64,000 nucleotides of DNA, from NCBI RefSeq assembly GCF_001194135.2, contig NC_068993.1, forward strand, positions 22,119,278-22,183,277. The letters are read 5' to 3'. A program made the translations under genes and the position numbers. The notes below the pieces were generated by a model that was not told the DNA's origin, searched no databases, and saw nothing but the letters and a program-made list of their open reading frames with translations. Position 1 is the first letter of the stretch. Each line of letters opens with the position of its first letter. Origin of the DNA: Octopus bimaculoides (Eukaryota). This document shows positions 1 through 12,895 of the stretch, in pieces.

Positions 1-640
1 AGATGTAATAGATTTGTTTTCATTTGCAAGAACAATGATTCACTCCTTAACAACTCGGAGTGTCAATTCGGAGTGTCAAGACGTTCGTTGCGAAAAACAG
101 GGGTCGATATAACAGCTACTGGTTTCTTGGTTAGTGGGGAACAGGTGATGAGGTGCAAGGTCCGTTCTTGACTTTGGTGGAAGGTAGTAGGGAATAATTG
201 ATGTGTGAGTGTGTGTGTGTGTGTGTGTCTGCACGCCTATGTGAAACAGGATCCGTTACTGACATCCCATACAGACAGAAATAGCTTCGCAAATGAATAG
301 ATGTAGTAGCTATTTTATTTCTGTTCCAGACAAAATATATAAGTTACACCATGTATATTCATTTTATAGCAAATCTCATTGCACATGCTAAAAGATAAGC
401 GTATGCACACTTACCTACACCTACAAGTAATATGCTGTATAATATATGAATGCTTGGAAAATGCTTCGCGGTGGTGCCAATAGTCTTCAACGTATGATTA
501 GTTATTAAGTAAACATTAATAACAAAAGTAACAACAGTAACAACTATAATAATATATATATAATGATAATAAGAAGAAGAAGAGGAAGAGGGTAAGAAGG
601 AGGAATGGAATGATGATGGTAATAATGTAAATTACAATAA

Positions 641-755
641 TGGTTCCAAATTTTGAGACAAGGGCAGCGAATTTTGGCGAGGAGATGAGTCGATTATAAC
701 AACCCCAATATTTCACTACTAAGGTGTGCTAACGATCCTGCTAGCTCGCCGCCTT
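641..755 (-). mobile_element. SINE-1, internally deleted (head joined to 3' end)
   Basis: Reverse complement has the head GGCGGCGAGCTAGCAGGATCGTTAGCAC joined directly to the 3' part (..CTTGTCTCAAAATTTGGAACC); the central core seen in other copies is missing. Confidence 0.75.
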
Positions 756-800
<45 letters not shown>

Positions 801-1013
801 CCTTTCTACTGTAGGCACAAGGCTTGAAATTTTGGAGGAGGAGACTAGTCAATTACTTCGACCCCAATGCTTCCCTGGTACTTAATTTATCGACCTCGAA
901 AGGATGAAAGGCTAAGTCGACCTCGGCGGAATATGAACTCAGAGGGTAAAGGCCGACGAAATACCGCTAAGCATTTCGCCCGGCGTGCTAACGATTCTGC
1001 AAGCTCACCACCT
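801..1013 (-). mobile_element. SINE-1, full length (tRNA-like head plus conserved core)
   Basis: Box A/box B-like head, core GAGGTCGACTTAGCCTTTCATCCTTTCGAGGTCGATAAATTAAGTACCAG, tail TGTGCCTACAGTAGAAAGG; (AAT)n on both sides on the + strand. Confidence 0.9.
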
Positions 1014-1018
1014 TCATA

Positions 1019-1091
<73 letters not shown>

Positions 1092-1663
1092 TGATAATAA
1101 NNNNNNNNNNGGGTAAAACTCTTAGATATTTTCGTGAGATTTCATTTAGTTTAAACTTTTGTTTCCGCTTCATAGAATATTGGTCTACCTTCATAAGATA
1201 TTTTGCCTTCTTCGGCTGAGACATTTTTTCTTCTTCGAGGAAATTGTATCCTACTTGGCATTCTTCGTATTTTTATAGCTTATTTCTATTATTTCTCTAT
1301 TCGGTCATTCCACTTTTTAAACTTTTATTTATTCATTTATTTGTATATTTTTGAAAAACATACTTTACCTGTCCGATTTCATTTGAACCTTAAAACTGGA
1401 AGTAGCGTTACTGATGTTTGGGAGTAATACATTTTATGATAGCCCTTGTTGTTGCTAGGGAGGTCATTTCTTGACATTACTGATTTCAGCCAGTAAAAAC
1501 TTTTTGGGGATTTCATGTTTGAGTCTTGGTGATGAGGCAATTTTATCCGACGATTCACACGTGATGCCAATTTCAGACCTAAGCCTTGCTGTTTCTTTTA
1601 TTCTTTTACACTCATTTTCCCATTGTTTTGCTATCACACATGTAACAGTTGGTTTTTCTAAGC

Positions 1664-1743
1664 TTGAACTCAGAACGGGAGGGCAGAGGGAATGCCACTA
1701 AACGTTTTGCCCGACGTGCTAATAATTCTGCCAGCTCGCCGTC

Positions 1744-1744
<1 letters not shown>
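1664..1744 (-). mobile_element. SINE-1 head fragment
   Basis: Reverse complement reads GGCGAGCTGGCAGAATTATTAGCACG...TTCTGAGTTCAA and abuts (AAT)n. Confidence 0.75.
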
Positions 1745-1828
<84 letters not shown>

Positions 1829-1829
<1 letters not shown>

Positions 1830-1958
1830 TTCTTCAAATGTTCTGACCCTAAATGCAGAAACTGCGACACATTTGACGAAACAGTAGACCATCTTGTCAC
1901 GGGATGTCCTCTGCTGACAGCAAACGAATATAAAAATCGCCACGATAGGGTAGGATAG
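1829..1958 (+). mobile_element. R4/Dong-clade LINE fragment (CCHC knuckle plus RHD)
   Basis: Translation KCRNCDTFDETVDHLVTGCPLLTANEYKNRHDRVG matches the C-x2-C...H-x4-C and RHD motifs of RLE-type LINEs; starts right after (AAT)n. Confidence 0.85.
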
Positions 1959-2108
1959 TATTGATCGTGTAGTTCCTTAGGTAATTCTTCTTCATTTCCT
2001 TTTTGTACTCTTCTCTGAATACTCCCTCACTCCTAACTGTTTCTTGCAAAGTTTCCTTACTTTGGGCTAGGTATCTCATTAAGCTCTCGAACTCGATACG
2101 CGCGCAGT

Positions 2109-2250
2109 CTGAGCTAGGTAGCAATCAGCCCCTTTTGCTATGATTCCCAGGGCACCTATGACAACAGATATTGTTTTAGTCTTCAGGTTCCACATTTTGC
2201 TAATTTCTATTTCAAGATCTTTATATTTGCTCAGTTTTTCGTAGGTCTTG

Positions 2251-2252
<2 letters not shown>
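2109..2252 (-). mobile_element. R4/Dong LINE RLE C-terminal fragment
   Basis: EKLSKYKDLEIEISKMWNLKTKTISVVIGALGIIAKG; nearly the same as 3465-3600 on the + strand. Confidence 0.85.
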
Positions 2253-2330
<78 letters not shown>

Positions 2331-2665
2331 ATTGTTACTATTTGCTTTGCTTGTCACGAGAGCATCGGATAAAGAGGATGCAGAAGATTTAGCAAAGACA
2401 AGTAACATAAATTAATAGTGATTATACCGAAATTGATTGGGGAAAATATCGAAGTGGGTAACAATATAAATAGAATACAGTTGCTTTGCTATCCTCTTGA
2501 TATTGAAAAATCACCAGCTAGGGTCATTCAACTATCTTCTTAGATCATTGATTAGGCGACACAGCACAGAGAAGATTGGCTAAGTAAGTTAGAAATCGAA
2601 GCTTGTATGTGTGTGTTACGCTTCATCTGGTGGTCCTGTAAGGAAAGGAAATTGTGTTTATGATA

Positions 2666-2725
<60 letters not shown>

Positions 2726-2781
2726 GTGGTAGTGTGACTTCTGTTGTTGATGATGGTAGGTGTGTGACTGAGGTGGTGACG

Positions 2782-2818
<37 letters not shown>

Positions 2819-2840
2819 TGATGATGATGATGATGATGAT

Positions 2841-3651
2841 AAGTGAATTCCAAATACAACAAATCCCAGAATTAGACGTACAGGAAGCAAGCACAGGAAA
2901 AGCTAAGCGTAAGAAAACCTTTGCTAAAACTTAGATATCCTTACAGATAACTGGCAAGAAAAATCTCTCAATGACAAATACTCGAAATGTACTAATAGTG
3001 CTGATGTTGACAAAGCCCTTACCCATCAATGGTTAGTGTCTTTTGGCTTAAAATCAGAAACAGAAGGGTTTACCATAGCAGACCAAGATCAGTGCTTACC
3101 TACAAGGAACTACCAGGACAACATTTTAAAGAATGGCAGTAGCCCATCACGGCATGTATGTAAACAGTAAAATGAAACCATTTGTTGTTGTTTCCATGTG
3201 CAGTTTTCTTGCGCCTACAGAGTATCTCAACAGGCATGATAGCGCAGCAAAATATATTCACTAGGTAATTTACAAAAACCTGGACCTGCACCATGATACA
3301 AACTTGTGGGAACACAAACCGCCTCCGGTGCTTGAAAATGATCACATCTCACTCTTCCGGAACTTCACCATTCAAACTGACAGAAAGACAGATGCAAATA
3401 AGCCAGACATTATATTGAAAGACTTCAGACAGAAATCATGCCTCTTCATTGTCAAGCCCTACTAAAAACTGAGCAAGTACAAAGACCTGGAAGTAGAAAT
3501 TGGCAAAATGTGGAAACTCAAGACTAAAACAATACCTGTTATCATAGGTGCTCTAGGAATGAGAGCAAAAGGGGCTAATTGTTATCTAGCTCAGATACTA
3601 GGAAACCTCAAAATGGCAGAAATTCAAAAGATAGTGCTCATGGGAACTGCC
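2841..3651 (+). pseudogene. Decayed R4/Dong LINE, post-RT region through restriction-like endonuclease
   Basis: GLKSETEGFTIADQDQCLPTRNYQ (R4 hallmark ETEGF..AQDQ), RHD, NKPDIILKD, KYKDLEVEIGKMWKLKTKTIPVIIGALG; contains stops and frameshifts. Confidence 0.9.
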
Positions 3652-3659
3652 AAAGATTA

Positions 3660-4250
3660 TAGTATATAATAGAGCAATGAAAGAAACACTGAATGATGAA
3701 ACTGGTCTGACATTAATAATCTTGTACTCTCTACGGCGAAGGCTTTGAGCAACCAAATTGGACTGAAAAGAAGAAGAATAATAACAAAGAAGTCATCAAG
3801 CAAAGGCAGTAGAAAGTAAAAATATGAAAGAAATTTAAAACCTAAGAGGAGAGCTGTCGATTGTTGGGAAACTTTCTAAGGGAATAAACGTCAAAGCTAG
3901 GAAAGGAAAATAAGTTAAAACAACAGACGAACAAAGTCTCCCTCATATCAGAGAGACCCCGAAATATTGCATAGCAGTCAAAATGGAAAACAGAAAATAT
4001 GAAAAAAAAAAGAAGGGAATTCTACAGACAGATTAAGATTTTCCAAAGTGCGGTGAAGAAATTTTATAGGGAAATTGGGAAAAGAACCAAGAGAAATAAA
4101 GGACCTAACTAATATGGAAGAAGTTGAGGAATCTTGGAAGAACATCTCGTGTAACTCAAATGGATTTAACGAAGAAAATAGTGGAATCAAGAGGATAAAA
4201 TGAAAGGATAGAAAATGTGAAACAACAATGCGAAGAATTTGAAATGACTG
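3660..4250 (+). pseudogene. Decayed R4/Dong LINE, pre-RT region
   Basis: INNLVxS...IFQSAVKKFYREIGK...EEVEESWKNI resembles the KFYREL...EVEKFW segment upstream of R4 RT. Confidence 0.55.
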
Positions 4251-5617
4251 AGGTGTGGCTAATCTTTAGCAAAACGGAATTCTGAACTCAATACTTTTTG
4301 AATGAATACATACTTTTCTTGAAGAAAACACCAATTTTCCTCAAGAGAAAAAAAGCAAGTAGAATTCCTATAGATGTAAAAATCAGTTCGTCGTAGGAAG
4401 AATATCAACTTAAGTATTACATGGATTGTTTACTGAAAAGCATTCAACAGTGTTCTACATCAGTGTACATTGAAAGCATAAGAAATATACAAGATCACTC
4501 CAGTAATCTTTAACTCTCTTCGGCATAGTATAACAAAATAGACATTTGTCATTGTAAACGACGGAAACGAAGTTATGCAATCAATCAAAGTCAAAATGAA
4601 TGCGAAGTACCGCTGATATGACAGTTAAAAAGTTAGCGACTCGTAGAAAGAAAGCTACACGTATCTATCTTTTGTTATGCTCATGTTCTGATTGAGTTAG
4701 GACCAACGATGAGTAGCTTGAGAATTGTCTCAGTAATATCGCTTATCCTGCAAAATTAAAATATGGTGAATACAGTCGAGGTGCGTAGCATTACAAACTT
4801 TCTAGCGAAAAGTAGAGGGAAAATTATAGACCGCTGCTTGCATTTTAAACCTGTATGTATGTATGAGTATTTGCGTGTATGCGTCAGTGAATGTGTATGC
4901 ATGTATGTATGTATGTACGTACGTATGTATATATGTATGTGTTAGTGAATGTGTGTGTATGTAGGTATGTATATATGAGAGGAAAAGAAAGAGAGAGAAA
5001 GAGAAAGGGAGGGTGACTGTGTTTGTGAGTGTGCTGTAAATGAAAATAAATATGATACAAATAGCAGCTGAATGAAATGTAAATTGATTCCTAGCTCGCA
5101 AATCGGAATAATTTGCTTTACTGATGTCACGCGAATATCATGAGATTCTGAATCAGCGTTTTGTATGTAGACGGTAAATAGCATGAGCAGAGAGAGTGCG
5201 ATGTCGTTTAAAAATTGGTTTCAGTAACCAGGAGGTATCACTTATTCAATTATTTCTTTGTAATTAAGTAATTGGGCTTAAATCACGAGAAAAATAATTA
5301 AGGTTTGGCCCTTTAAAGTTAAATGTCTCGATGTAACATGTTTGTATGCAGTGCTGTGAAGACAGGCGTACATGCATAAGTGCTAATCTGTATGCATCTG
5401 CCTGCATGAACATTTGGCTTTGTGATGTGCATACAATGCCTCTGAATATATGTTGCTGAAAGTAAATGTAAATAAATGTGTTATTGTTCGTCTGTGCACT
5501 CTCAGATATACACATATACACACAAGTGCGTTTGCATCAGTACAAACTCTGAAATATGCACAAACGGACTCACACAGACACACAGAGACACACACACACA
5601 CACACAAATATATTACC

Positions 5618-5657
5618 GGCCATGACGAAGGGAACTAGCCCTGAAACTCGAGTCGCC
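5618..5657 (+). ncRNA. Minimal type I hammerhead ribozyme motif (Penelope-type) with a 1-nt insertion in the core
   Basis: GGC-C(A)TGACGA-AGGG[aactag]CCCT-GAAAC-tcga-GTC|GCC: stem I GGC/GCC, stem II AGGG/CCCT, palindromic ACTCGAGT stem III, GUC cleavage triplet. Confidence 0.65.
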
Positions 5658-6034
5658 TTTATATATTTATATTTATATATTTATATATTTGATCCTTTAT
5701 ATTGAACACTCAATATTTCATCTACATTCAATACTTTCTTTCATGGTGCCATCCATTTTTATTTTATTTTATTTCATATTATATATTGTATATTATATTA
5801 TATATTGTATATTCCATATTCTATACCCCACATTGGTTCTGCAGGAATATAAATAAAACAAANNNNNNNNNNNNNNNNNNNNNNNNNNNNNNNNNNNNNN
5901 NNNNNNNNNNNNNNNNNNNNNNNNNNNNNNNNNNNNNNNNNNNNNNNNNNNNNNNNNNNNNNNNNNNNNNNNNNNNNNNNNNNNNNNNNNNNNNNNNNNN
6001 NNNNNNNNNNNNNNNNNNNNNNNNNNNNNNNNNN

Positions 6035-6089
<55 letters not shown>

Positions 6090-6160
6090 CATACACACAC
6101 ACACATTTTATATGTATATATCTACACACACACATGTACACACATACAAATACACATATA

Positions 6161-6730
6161 CAATGTGCAGTGGGTAAATTATCGCCATTACATCTTTTTA
6201 CTTTGACGCATACGCATTGTTTGTTTTTGATTTTGGTGACTACACAGTATAGTAGGATCACCTGGGCACCGTCTTCGAAAAAATAGCACCATTATGCAAT
6301 TCACTCTGCAGAAATTTGGAAATAATATGCTGTAGTGTTTGGCTTTCGCACCGGAAGCTCCAGCACGAACATCTCAGTGTGTTTGGGTGTCAATCTAAGG
6401 ACAGTCCCCAAAATATACTGAGAGTGATAAAAATCAAACATCTAGTTTGGAATGATAATAGTGGTGGTGACGTTATGTCTCCATTCCTCATGCCACACTG
6501 CCTCAGACTCAACACGGATACCTACATCAAGTGCTTTTAGGAGGCACTGCTGCTCTAGATCAAGAGGTTGACTGCTGGAAGACCCAATGTCAGGCAACAG
6601 GACTGTACACCATGCCACACAAGCAGGAGAACCTAATCATGGCTGTGAGACAATTTTTGCAACGACATCACCCCTAACATCTAGTCACCTAACTCCGCAG
6701 ACTGCAACTCCTTTGGTTATTATGTGTGGG

Positions 6731-6733
<3 letters not shown>
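6161..6733 (+). mobile_element. Internally deleted DD37D (maT)-type Tc1/mariner element
   Basis: Preceded by TA; 5' end homologous to 51386-51640; decayed QDCTPCHTSRR...SPNSADCNSFGYYVWG with 37 residues between catalytic positions. Confidence 0.8.
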
Positions 6734-6765
<32 letters not shown>

Positions 6766-7180
6766 NNNNNNNNNNNNNNNNNNNNNNNNNNNNNNNNNNN
6801 NNNNNNNNNNNNNNNNNNNNNNNNNNNNNNNNNNNNNNNNNNNNNNNNNNNNNNNNNNNNNGAATAAATATTCGTACATGTCAAAATTTTTTATTTATTT
6901 AATTTCTAATGAACATAAATGGGATATACCAATACTATATTTGCATACACATGCATAAACTAAGAATATGCAAAAGAAACTAATAAATTATAGTAACTAA
7001 TGAATTTATATACAAATATAAATATTTAGGGGTGAAAAAAGAGAGCAGGTTTTGAGTATGTTCTACCCTTATGTTAATTCCAATATCTCCGACATATTTC
7101 TGAAATCTGGTTGTTACTGCTACAGCTACTGGGATGGTAGTTACTTGGTTGTTAGAGCTCTCATTATTTTTATTGTTATT

Positions 7181-7380
7181 AAGGCGGTGAGTTAGAAGAA
7201 TCTTTAGCACGTTGGACAAAATGCTTAGTGGTATATTCTTTCGTATCTACATTCCTCCGAAGGCGATTGAATTTTCTCTTTTCGGAGTCGATAAAATATG
7301 TACCTGTCAAGTATTGAAGTCGAAGTAATCGATTAGTCCCCTTCCTCCGCAATTTCATGCCTTGTGCCTATAGTAGAAAG
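7181..7380 (+). mobile_element. SINE-1 (first of a tandem trio)
   Basis: AAGGCGGTGAGTT...GTCGATAAAA...TGTGCCTATAGTAGAAAG, flanked by ATT-type sequence. Confidence 0.8.
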
Positions 7381-7395
7381 TATTATTACTAAACC

Positions 7396-7532
7396 GGCGA
7401 GCTGGCGCAGTTGTTACCGCTCTATGAATGAAGCTGAGCGGCATTTTCATCTGATTTGCATTCAATTTCCGCTTTGGTTGACTTTGTCTTTTATCCCCCT
7501 GGGTCGACGAAATGAGGACCAGTTGAGCACTA
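7396..7532 (+). mobile_element. SINE-1, degenerate, 3'-truncated
   Basis: GGCGAGCTGGCG head and GGGTCGACGAAATGAGGACCAGTTGAGCAC core. Confidence 0.65.
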
Positions 7533-7572
7533 AAACAATTATTTATTTATTTATTCAGGTATTTATTTATTT

Positions 7573-7765
7573 GGCGAGCTGGCATAACCATTAATGGATC
7601 GGACAAACTACTAAGAGGTATATATTCGGTACTTCTGTTCTGTGTCAACTTTGCTTTCCAGTTTTGGGGGGTCGATAATACACAATAGCAGTTAAGTACT
7701 TGTGACAATGTAATCGATTTACCCTTCCCATCCAAATTGTTCTCGAGCTAAAATTAGAATAACTT
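7573..7765 (+). mobile_element. SINE-1, degenerate
   Basis: GGCGAGCTGGCA head, GGGGTCGATAA core, GTAATCGATTT. Confidence 0.65.
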
Positions 7766-8374
7766 CTTATTAGTAGTAGTGGTAAATGTTTCAATATGAT
7801 TGATATTTTTGCTTTTTAATCAAGACTTATATAACATTTCCATATAATCAGTTTGATAAATTACAGTTTATCTTAAACTACACTCTATGATAAATTACTG
7901 TTTACTGAGTTTTGTAAATGGTCGCCATCTAGTGAGATAACTCATGTTTATACAACCACCTACAGACACATGCATACTTATATGCATTCATACAAATATC
8001 ACAAAACAGGAAAGAGCACTCTCTTGAAATTACATCTACAAGCAATCAATAACACGGTCAAATTATGTAAAACATTCTAAAACGTTAGCATGTGTTTTTC
8101 TGAGTATATTAAATAATTTTAAATGGCTGTTGCTGAAATAGGCTAAAATTACGCTTTCGCATATATACCTCTATGGATTTATCTTTGGAGCACAGCGTGT
8201 TACTTATCAAATGACAAATTATTTAAAGATAATAAAAAGAATAGTGAATATATTTACTCGATGTTGAGAAAATAATGAAAAAGTATTTAGTTACTCATGA
8301 TTTTAATAAAAAAATGTACAAGTTCGTTATTTTTGAAAACATCGTTTTATCATCGCTGTATCTCATATTTATGT

Positions 8375-8421
<47 letters not shown>

Positions 8422-8485
8422 GTNNNNNNNNNNCTCAGGCCGTGTGTATGTGTCTTTTTCTTTTTGCATGTAGACATTCAAATAG

Positions 8486-8655
8486 AGGCAGGTGTGGCTG
8501 TGTGGTTCTGCGGTGAGATGTTTCCTTCTCATCCACATGGTTCCGGGTTCAGTCCCACTGCGTGAAAAATAGGTCAAGTGTTTTCTACTACGTCCTTGGG
8601 CCGACCAAAGCCTTGTGAGTGGATTTGGTAGACAGAAACTGAAAGAAGCCCATTG
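8486..8655 (+). mobile_element. SINE-2 5' part (second tRNA-headed family)
   Basis: GGCAGGTGTGGCTGTGTGG (box A) ...GGTTCAGTCCCACTGCG (box B) ...GGGCCGACCAAAGCCTTGTGAGTGGATTTGGTAGAC. Confidence 0.7.
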
Positions 8656-9209
8656 TAAAGAGCCATCAGTAAAGAGTCATATCTTTTTTATCACAATATA
8701 TAGACCCCTTTTGAATGCGTCCACCACAAATGACACTATTACAAGGGCCTTAGAATAATATCCACGCAAGTATTAAAAACGATATATTCAGAACAGTCAC
8801 TGCCCATGAATTTATTCAGAACAATTCCAATCACTACTATTACAACCACAACGGGTCACTTTTAAGTCACCTGATCATTTAAGAGGATTCCACCTACTAC
8901 TGTCATACCACTCCCGCATTTTTTAATATTTTTCTCTCCTTTTCCAACTACCTCTTCTTCTTCTTCTTCTTCTTCTTCTTCTTCTTCTTCTTCTTCTTCT
9001 TCTTCTTCTTCGTCATCGTCGTCGTCGTCGCCTCCTTTCTCAGCTAATATTGCTGCTTGAATAATCAAAAACCAAGAACTCATATTAAGACCACTACTAC
9101 CTGCTACCTGCTACCAAGATCTCACATGAGTAAAAGAGAGAGACAGACAAAAAAAAGGAAACTGTCCCTTGCATTTGAAAACTATGGAAATATTATTTTA
9201 AAACATTTC

Positions 9210-9886
9210 NNNNNNNNNNNNNNNNNNNNNNNNNNNNNNNNNNNNNNNNNNNNNNNNNNNNNNNNNNNNNNNNNNNNNNNNNNNNNNNNNNNNNNNNNNN
9301 NNNNNNNNNNNNNNNNNNNNNNNNNNNNNNNNNNNNNNNNNNNNNNNNNNNNNNNNNNNNNNNNNNNNNNNNNNNNNNNNNNNNNNNNNNNNNNNNNNNN
9401 NNNNNNNNNNNNNNNNNNNNNNNNNNNNNNNNNNNNNNNNNNNNNNNNNNNNNNNNNNNNNNNNNNNNNNNNNNNNNNNNNNNNNNNNNNNNNNNNNNNN
9501 NNNNNNNNNNNNNNNNNNNNNNNNNNNNNNNNNNNNNNNNNNNNNNNNNNNNNNNNNNNNNNNNNNNNNNNNNNNNNNNNNNNNNNNNNNNNNNNNNNNN
9601 NNNNNNNNNNNNNNNNNNNNNNNNNNNNNNNNNNNNNNNNNNNNNNNNNNNNNNNNNNNNNNNNNNNNNNNNNNNNNNNNNNNNNNNNNNNNNNNNNNNN
9701 NNNNNNNNNNNNNNNNNNNNNNNNNNNNNNNNNNNNNNNNNNNNNNNNNNNNNNNNNNNNNNNNNNNNNNNNNNNNNNNNNNNNNNNNNNNNNNNNNNNN
9801 NNNNNNNNNNNNNNNNNNNNNNNNNNNNNNNNNNNNNNNNNNNNNNNNNNNNNNNNNNNNNNNNNNNNNNNNNNNNNNNNNNNNNN
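9210..9886. other. Assembly gap (largest; another large one at 54048-54645, many smaller)
   Basis: N-run; most gaps abut microsatellites. Confidence 1.
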
Positions 9887-9906
9887 TAGATAGATAGATA
9901 GATAGG

Positions 9907-9976
<70 letters not shown>
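9887..9976. repeat. (TAGA)n; similar arrays at about 29425-29530, 40432-40490, 55905-55985, 57160-57232
   Basis: Seen directly in the sequence. Confidence 0.95.
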
Positions 9977-10515
9977 CATGGAGAGAGAGAGGGAGAGAGA
10001 GGGAGAGCGAAAAAGAAATGTAGCTAGTAAGAACATCTCAATAAGTGATGAAAGTAGTAACTTACTAAGAAGTAATTTTTATCGCCACATCAATATGGCT
10101 GTTCGACGTTACTACCGTTTAACACCAGGCAGATCCTCCGCCAGTTGGTTACTGGTGCAGCCTGCACCCTGTATATATTGCAAACAGGGCAGTGAACCCC
10201 CACCATCCTCTAGCAGAGAATTGGATCACGAGACCGAACACTTTCGAGCTACTTGTACCCATTTACAGTCGTGAACACCCGGCCGCTAGACATAGCAGAG
10301 ATTCGTCCCAGTTCGCAAAATACAGAAAAATTAGCGACCATCGATCACTGATATTGCAACATACAAAGTAGCTAGTTAGAATAATCTTAATAAGAGAAAA
10401 ATCTCGTGACTCTCATCCACGACCAAAATGCAAAATTCTATTAATTATTCTATGAATAATTATCCTTTGTATTCATCTCTATTCCACTAGCTCTCAATAT
10501 TCATCTCTTAAGAGA

Positions 10516-10702
10516 CGGCGAGCTGGCAGAACTGCAATTCCGGGCAAAATTCATTGCAGTATTTCGTCCGCTCTGAGTTCTGAGTTCAAATTACACAGAT
10601 GTCGACTTTCACTTTCACTCTTTGGCGCTCGATAAAAATAAGTACCAGTTGAATTATCCCTTCTCTAGAAAATGATGGCCTTGTGCCAAAATCTAAAACC
10701 AA
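10516..10702 (+). mobile_element. SINE-1 (tail type B)
   Basis: GGCGAGCTGGCAGAA...TGAGTTCAAATT...GATAAAAATAAGTACCAG...GGCCTTGTGCCAAAATCTAAAACC. Confidence 0.8.
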
Positions 10703-10799
10703 CATTCATCATTTTGAACTAAAGTAAACATTTAAAACTTATCTGCTAACACGAAACTCAAACTTTACTGTGATGAATTTCATACTCATTTTACGAAAT

Positions 10800-11280
10800 A
10801 TTTCTCATTAATATGGAAAGTAAAAATATTTTCCGGCCTGAAAGGGTGCCAAAGAAAGAGAAGAACCTCAATAATGCTACCGCAATTTTTGATCAGCCGC
10901 ATCTCTGCAATAACGCAGGATAAATGGATACGAAATGGTTTCGGAGGAATGAATAAATTTACACATGTGATCAAAACTTCTAACTTCAATGGGCGCACCA
11001 AAGGAGAGGTATCAATTATACAAAGAATTTCACACAGACCTGTAGATGTTCCCGTTTGGTTTAAGATATTTCCGTTTCCAAAATATCTAAGCTTTCCTAT
11101 ATCAATCATTACATCCCGAGTGTTAATATTGACAGTTGCTGAATTGAATTTTGAGAAATAATGCTTTGCTAATTACCTGTTATGTGTGGGATGTTCAATA
11201 GTTGGAAGCCCTCATAATCTCACTTTATATCACAGAACTTAAAACTAAAAATATTGAGTATCCTAAAGTGCTGACATGAC
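10800..11280 (+). pseudogene. Helitron Pif1-like helicase C-terminal relic
   Basis: DQPHLCN...HVIKTSNFNGRTKGEVSIIQRISHRPVDVPVWFKIFPFPKYLSFPISI...VAELNFEK*CF...CSIVGSPHNL...KTKNIEYPKVL parallels the Helitron consensus (GEVVFIPRI..P.DLPF.FKR.QFP.RLAFAMTINKSQG...CSRVG...KTKNIVY.EVL). Confidence 0.75.
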
Positions 11281-11644
11281 AATGTTCCCAAACTAAGAAG
11301 GCTATGACAGATCTAGATTTAATGAACAGGAGCTCATCACAACATTTGATATCATTTTTTTATCACTAAACAAATTACCATTTCTGCATATGAATAGGTG
11401 GGCCAGTCGTGATCACATTTGTTTTCATGCTTCATAAAACTGATATAATTTCTAATGTTTGTATAACACCTGGCATTCTGATTTCTAAACGTGTTTCATT
11501 TGAGCAGTTAAAAGATTTCGTCAATGAATGATAATATATTTAGTTCAATAATGTGGAATATAAGTTTTTACGTATACTTAATTCTGTAATCATAATTGAT
11601 ATGCTTTAATTAGATACACGATGTTAATATGTACTATCAATATC

Positions 11645-11825
11645 GGTTTCAAATTTTGGTTCAAATCCAGAAATTTCGGTTGAGTGGGTACTTATTTTTA
11701 TCAAATCCGAAAGTATGAAATATAAAGTCATCCTTGGAGGTATTTGAACTGAGAACTACAAATCGGAAGAAATGCTAAGAAGCATTTTTCCCGACACACT
11801 AATGATTCTTCAAACTCACCGCCCT
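11645..11825 (-). mobile_element. SINE-1, degenerate (tail type B)
   Basis: Reverse complement has the GGCGGTGAGTT head, CAGTTCAAAT and an AAAATTTGAAACC end. Confidence 0.7.
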
Positions 11826-12019
11826 TCGTGACATATGCTATCAATTTTGAGACCTACGGGCAGCAGAATGAGTATATTACACTCTTTTACAAGTACTGGA
11901 AGACACTTTTATTGGTTGCGTGCAGAATAATTTTCCAGCACAAATGAAATAGTATTCTATTTAAAAGAAGAAAATTATACGCTTTCCTTAAATCAATTCT
12001 GGGTTATTTCGTACCACTT

Positions 12020-12646
12020 CACAAACTGGGCATTGATGTGGTCGAAGAAATTCTCGAGTGATTGCATACAACCCTTCTGATGTCACCCCTGTGTTTGAGA
12101 CTAAGAACCCTGCCTCTGTTATGATATTTGGAGTCGTGGCAAGTAATGGAAGTGTCATGGGTCCATACTTCATTGAGTCTGGCATGAAGATCGTCACAGA
12201 TGTTTATCTGGACGTCTTGAAGAACTCTCAGTTACCTTGGACAGAGCTGAAGTTTGGACTTGATAATGTGGTGCTTATCCAGGGTACTGCACCAGGCCAT
12301 GGGTCAAAAGCAACACAGGCCTTCCTTGGTGAGAAGGTGCCATTTATTGTGAGGGCTAACATCTGGCCCACTAATAGCCCAGATCTCAAACTTTCCGATT
12401 ACTTTTTATGGGGTGTACTTCAAGCAAGGACCAATGCTTATCCACACTCTAGTGTCAAGAATTTGAAGACCTGTATCGTGTGTGCGACACGCAAAATCCA
12501 TAGGGCGGCCATATTGAATGATAAATGTTTTTGTTGATACATTAAAATGTTACATTAAAATTATATATGTCTACTACCATTATTTTAGTATTTATAATCA
12601 GTTGTGTGCATCGTTAAAATTGTCTCAGTTTATCTGCAAGAACCTG
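12020..12646 (+). mobile_element. DD37D (maT) transposase C-terminal half plus right end
   Basis: ORF 12058-12537: TKNPASVMIFGVV...IQ[G]TAPGH...WPTNSPDLKLSDYFLWG with 37-aa spacing and second D mutated to G; terminal GGHIE*; element ends ...AACCTG followed by (TA)n. Confidence 0.85.
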
Positions 12647-12895
12647 TATATATATATATATCTATATATATATATATATATTAGGGATAAAAANNNNNNN
12701 NNNAATAAAATCAATTAAAATTAGATTAATTTTCACAGTATAAAATATATATATATAGTTTTAGGGAAAAGAACCTAGGTTCATGAACTCATCGATGAAA
12801 ATCCACTGTCACATATAGAAAAATTAATAAACAAAAACACAATAAATAAGTATAATATAATACAAAGTAAATATCATAAGATAATTATAATAAAA

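Noticed and set aside
1111-1660. Lys-rich minus-strand stretch as an R4 LINE N-terminus
   Set aside because: No diagnostic motif could be confirmed.
10080-10330. GC-richer island with ORF 9978-10274
   Set aside because: The ORF starts in a GA/TAGA repeat and has no recognisable motif in any frame.
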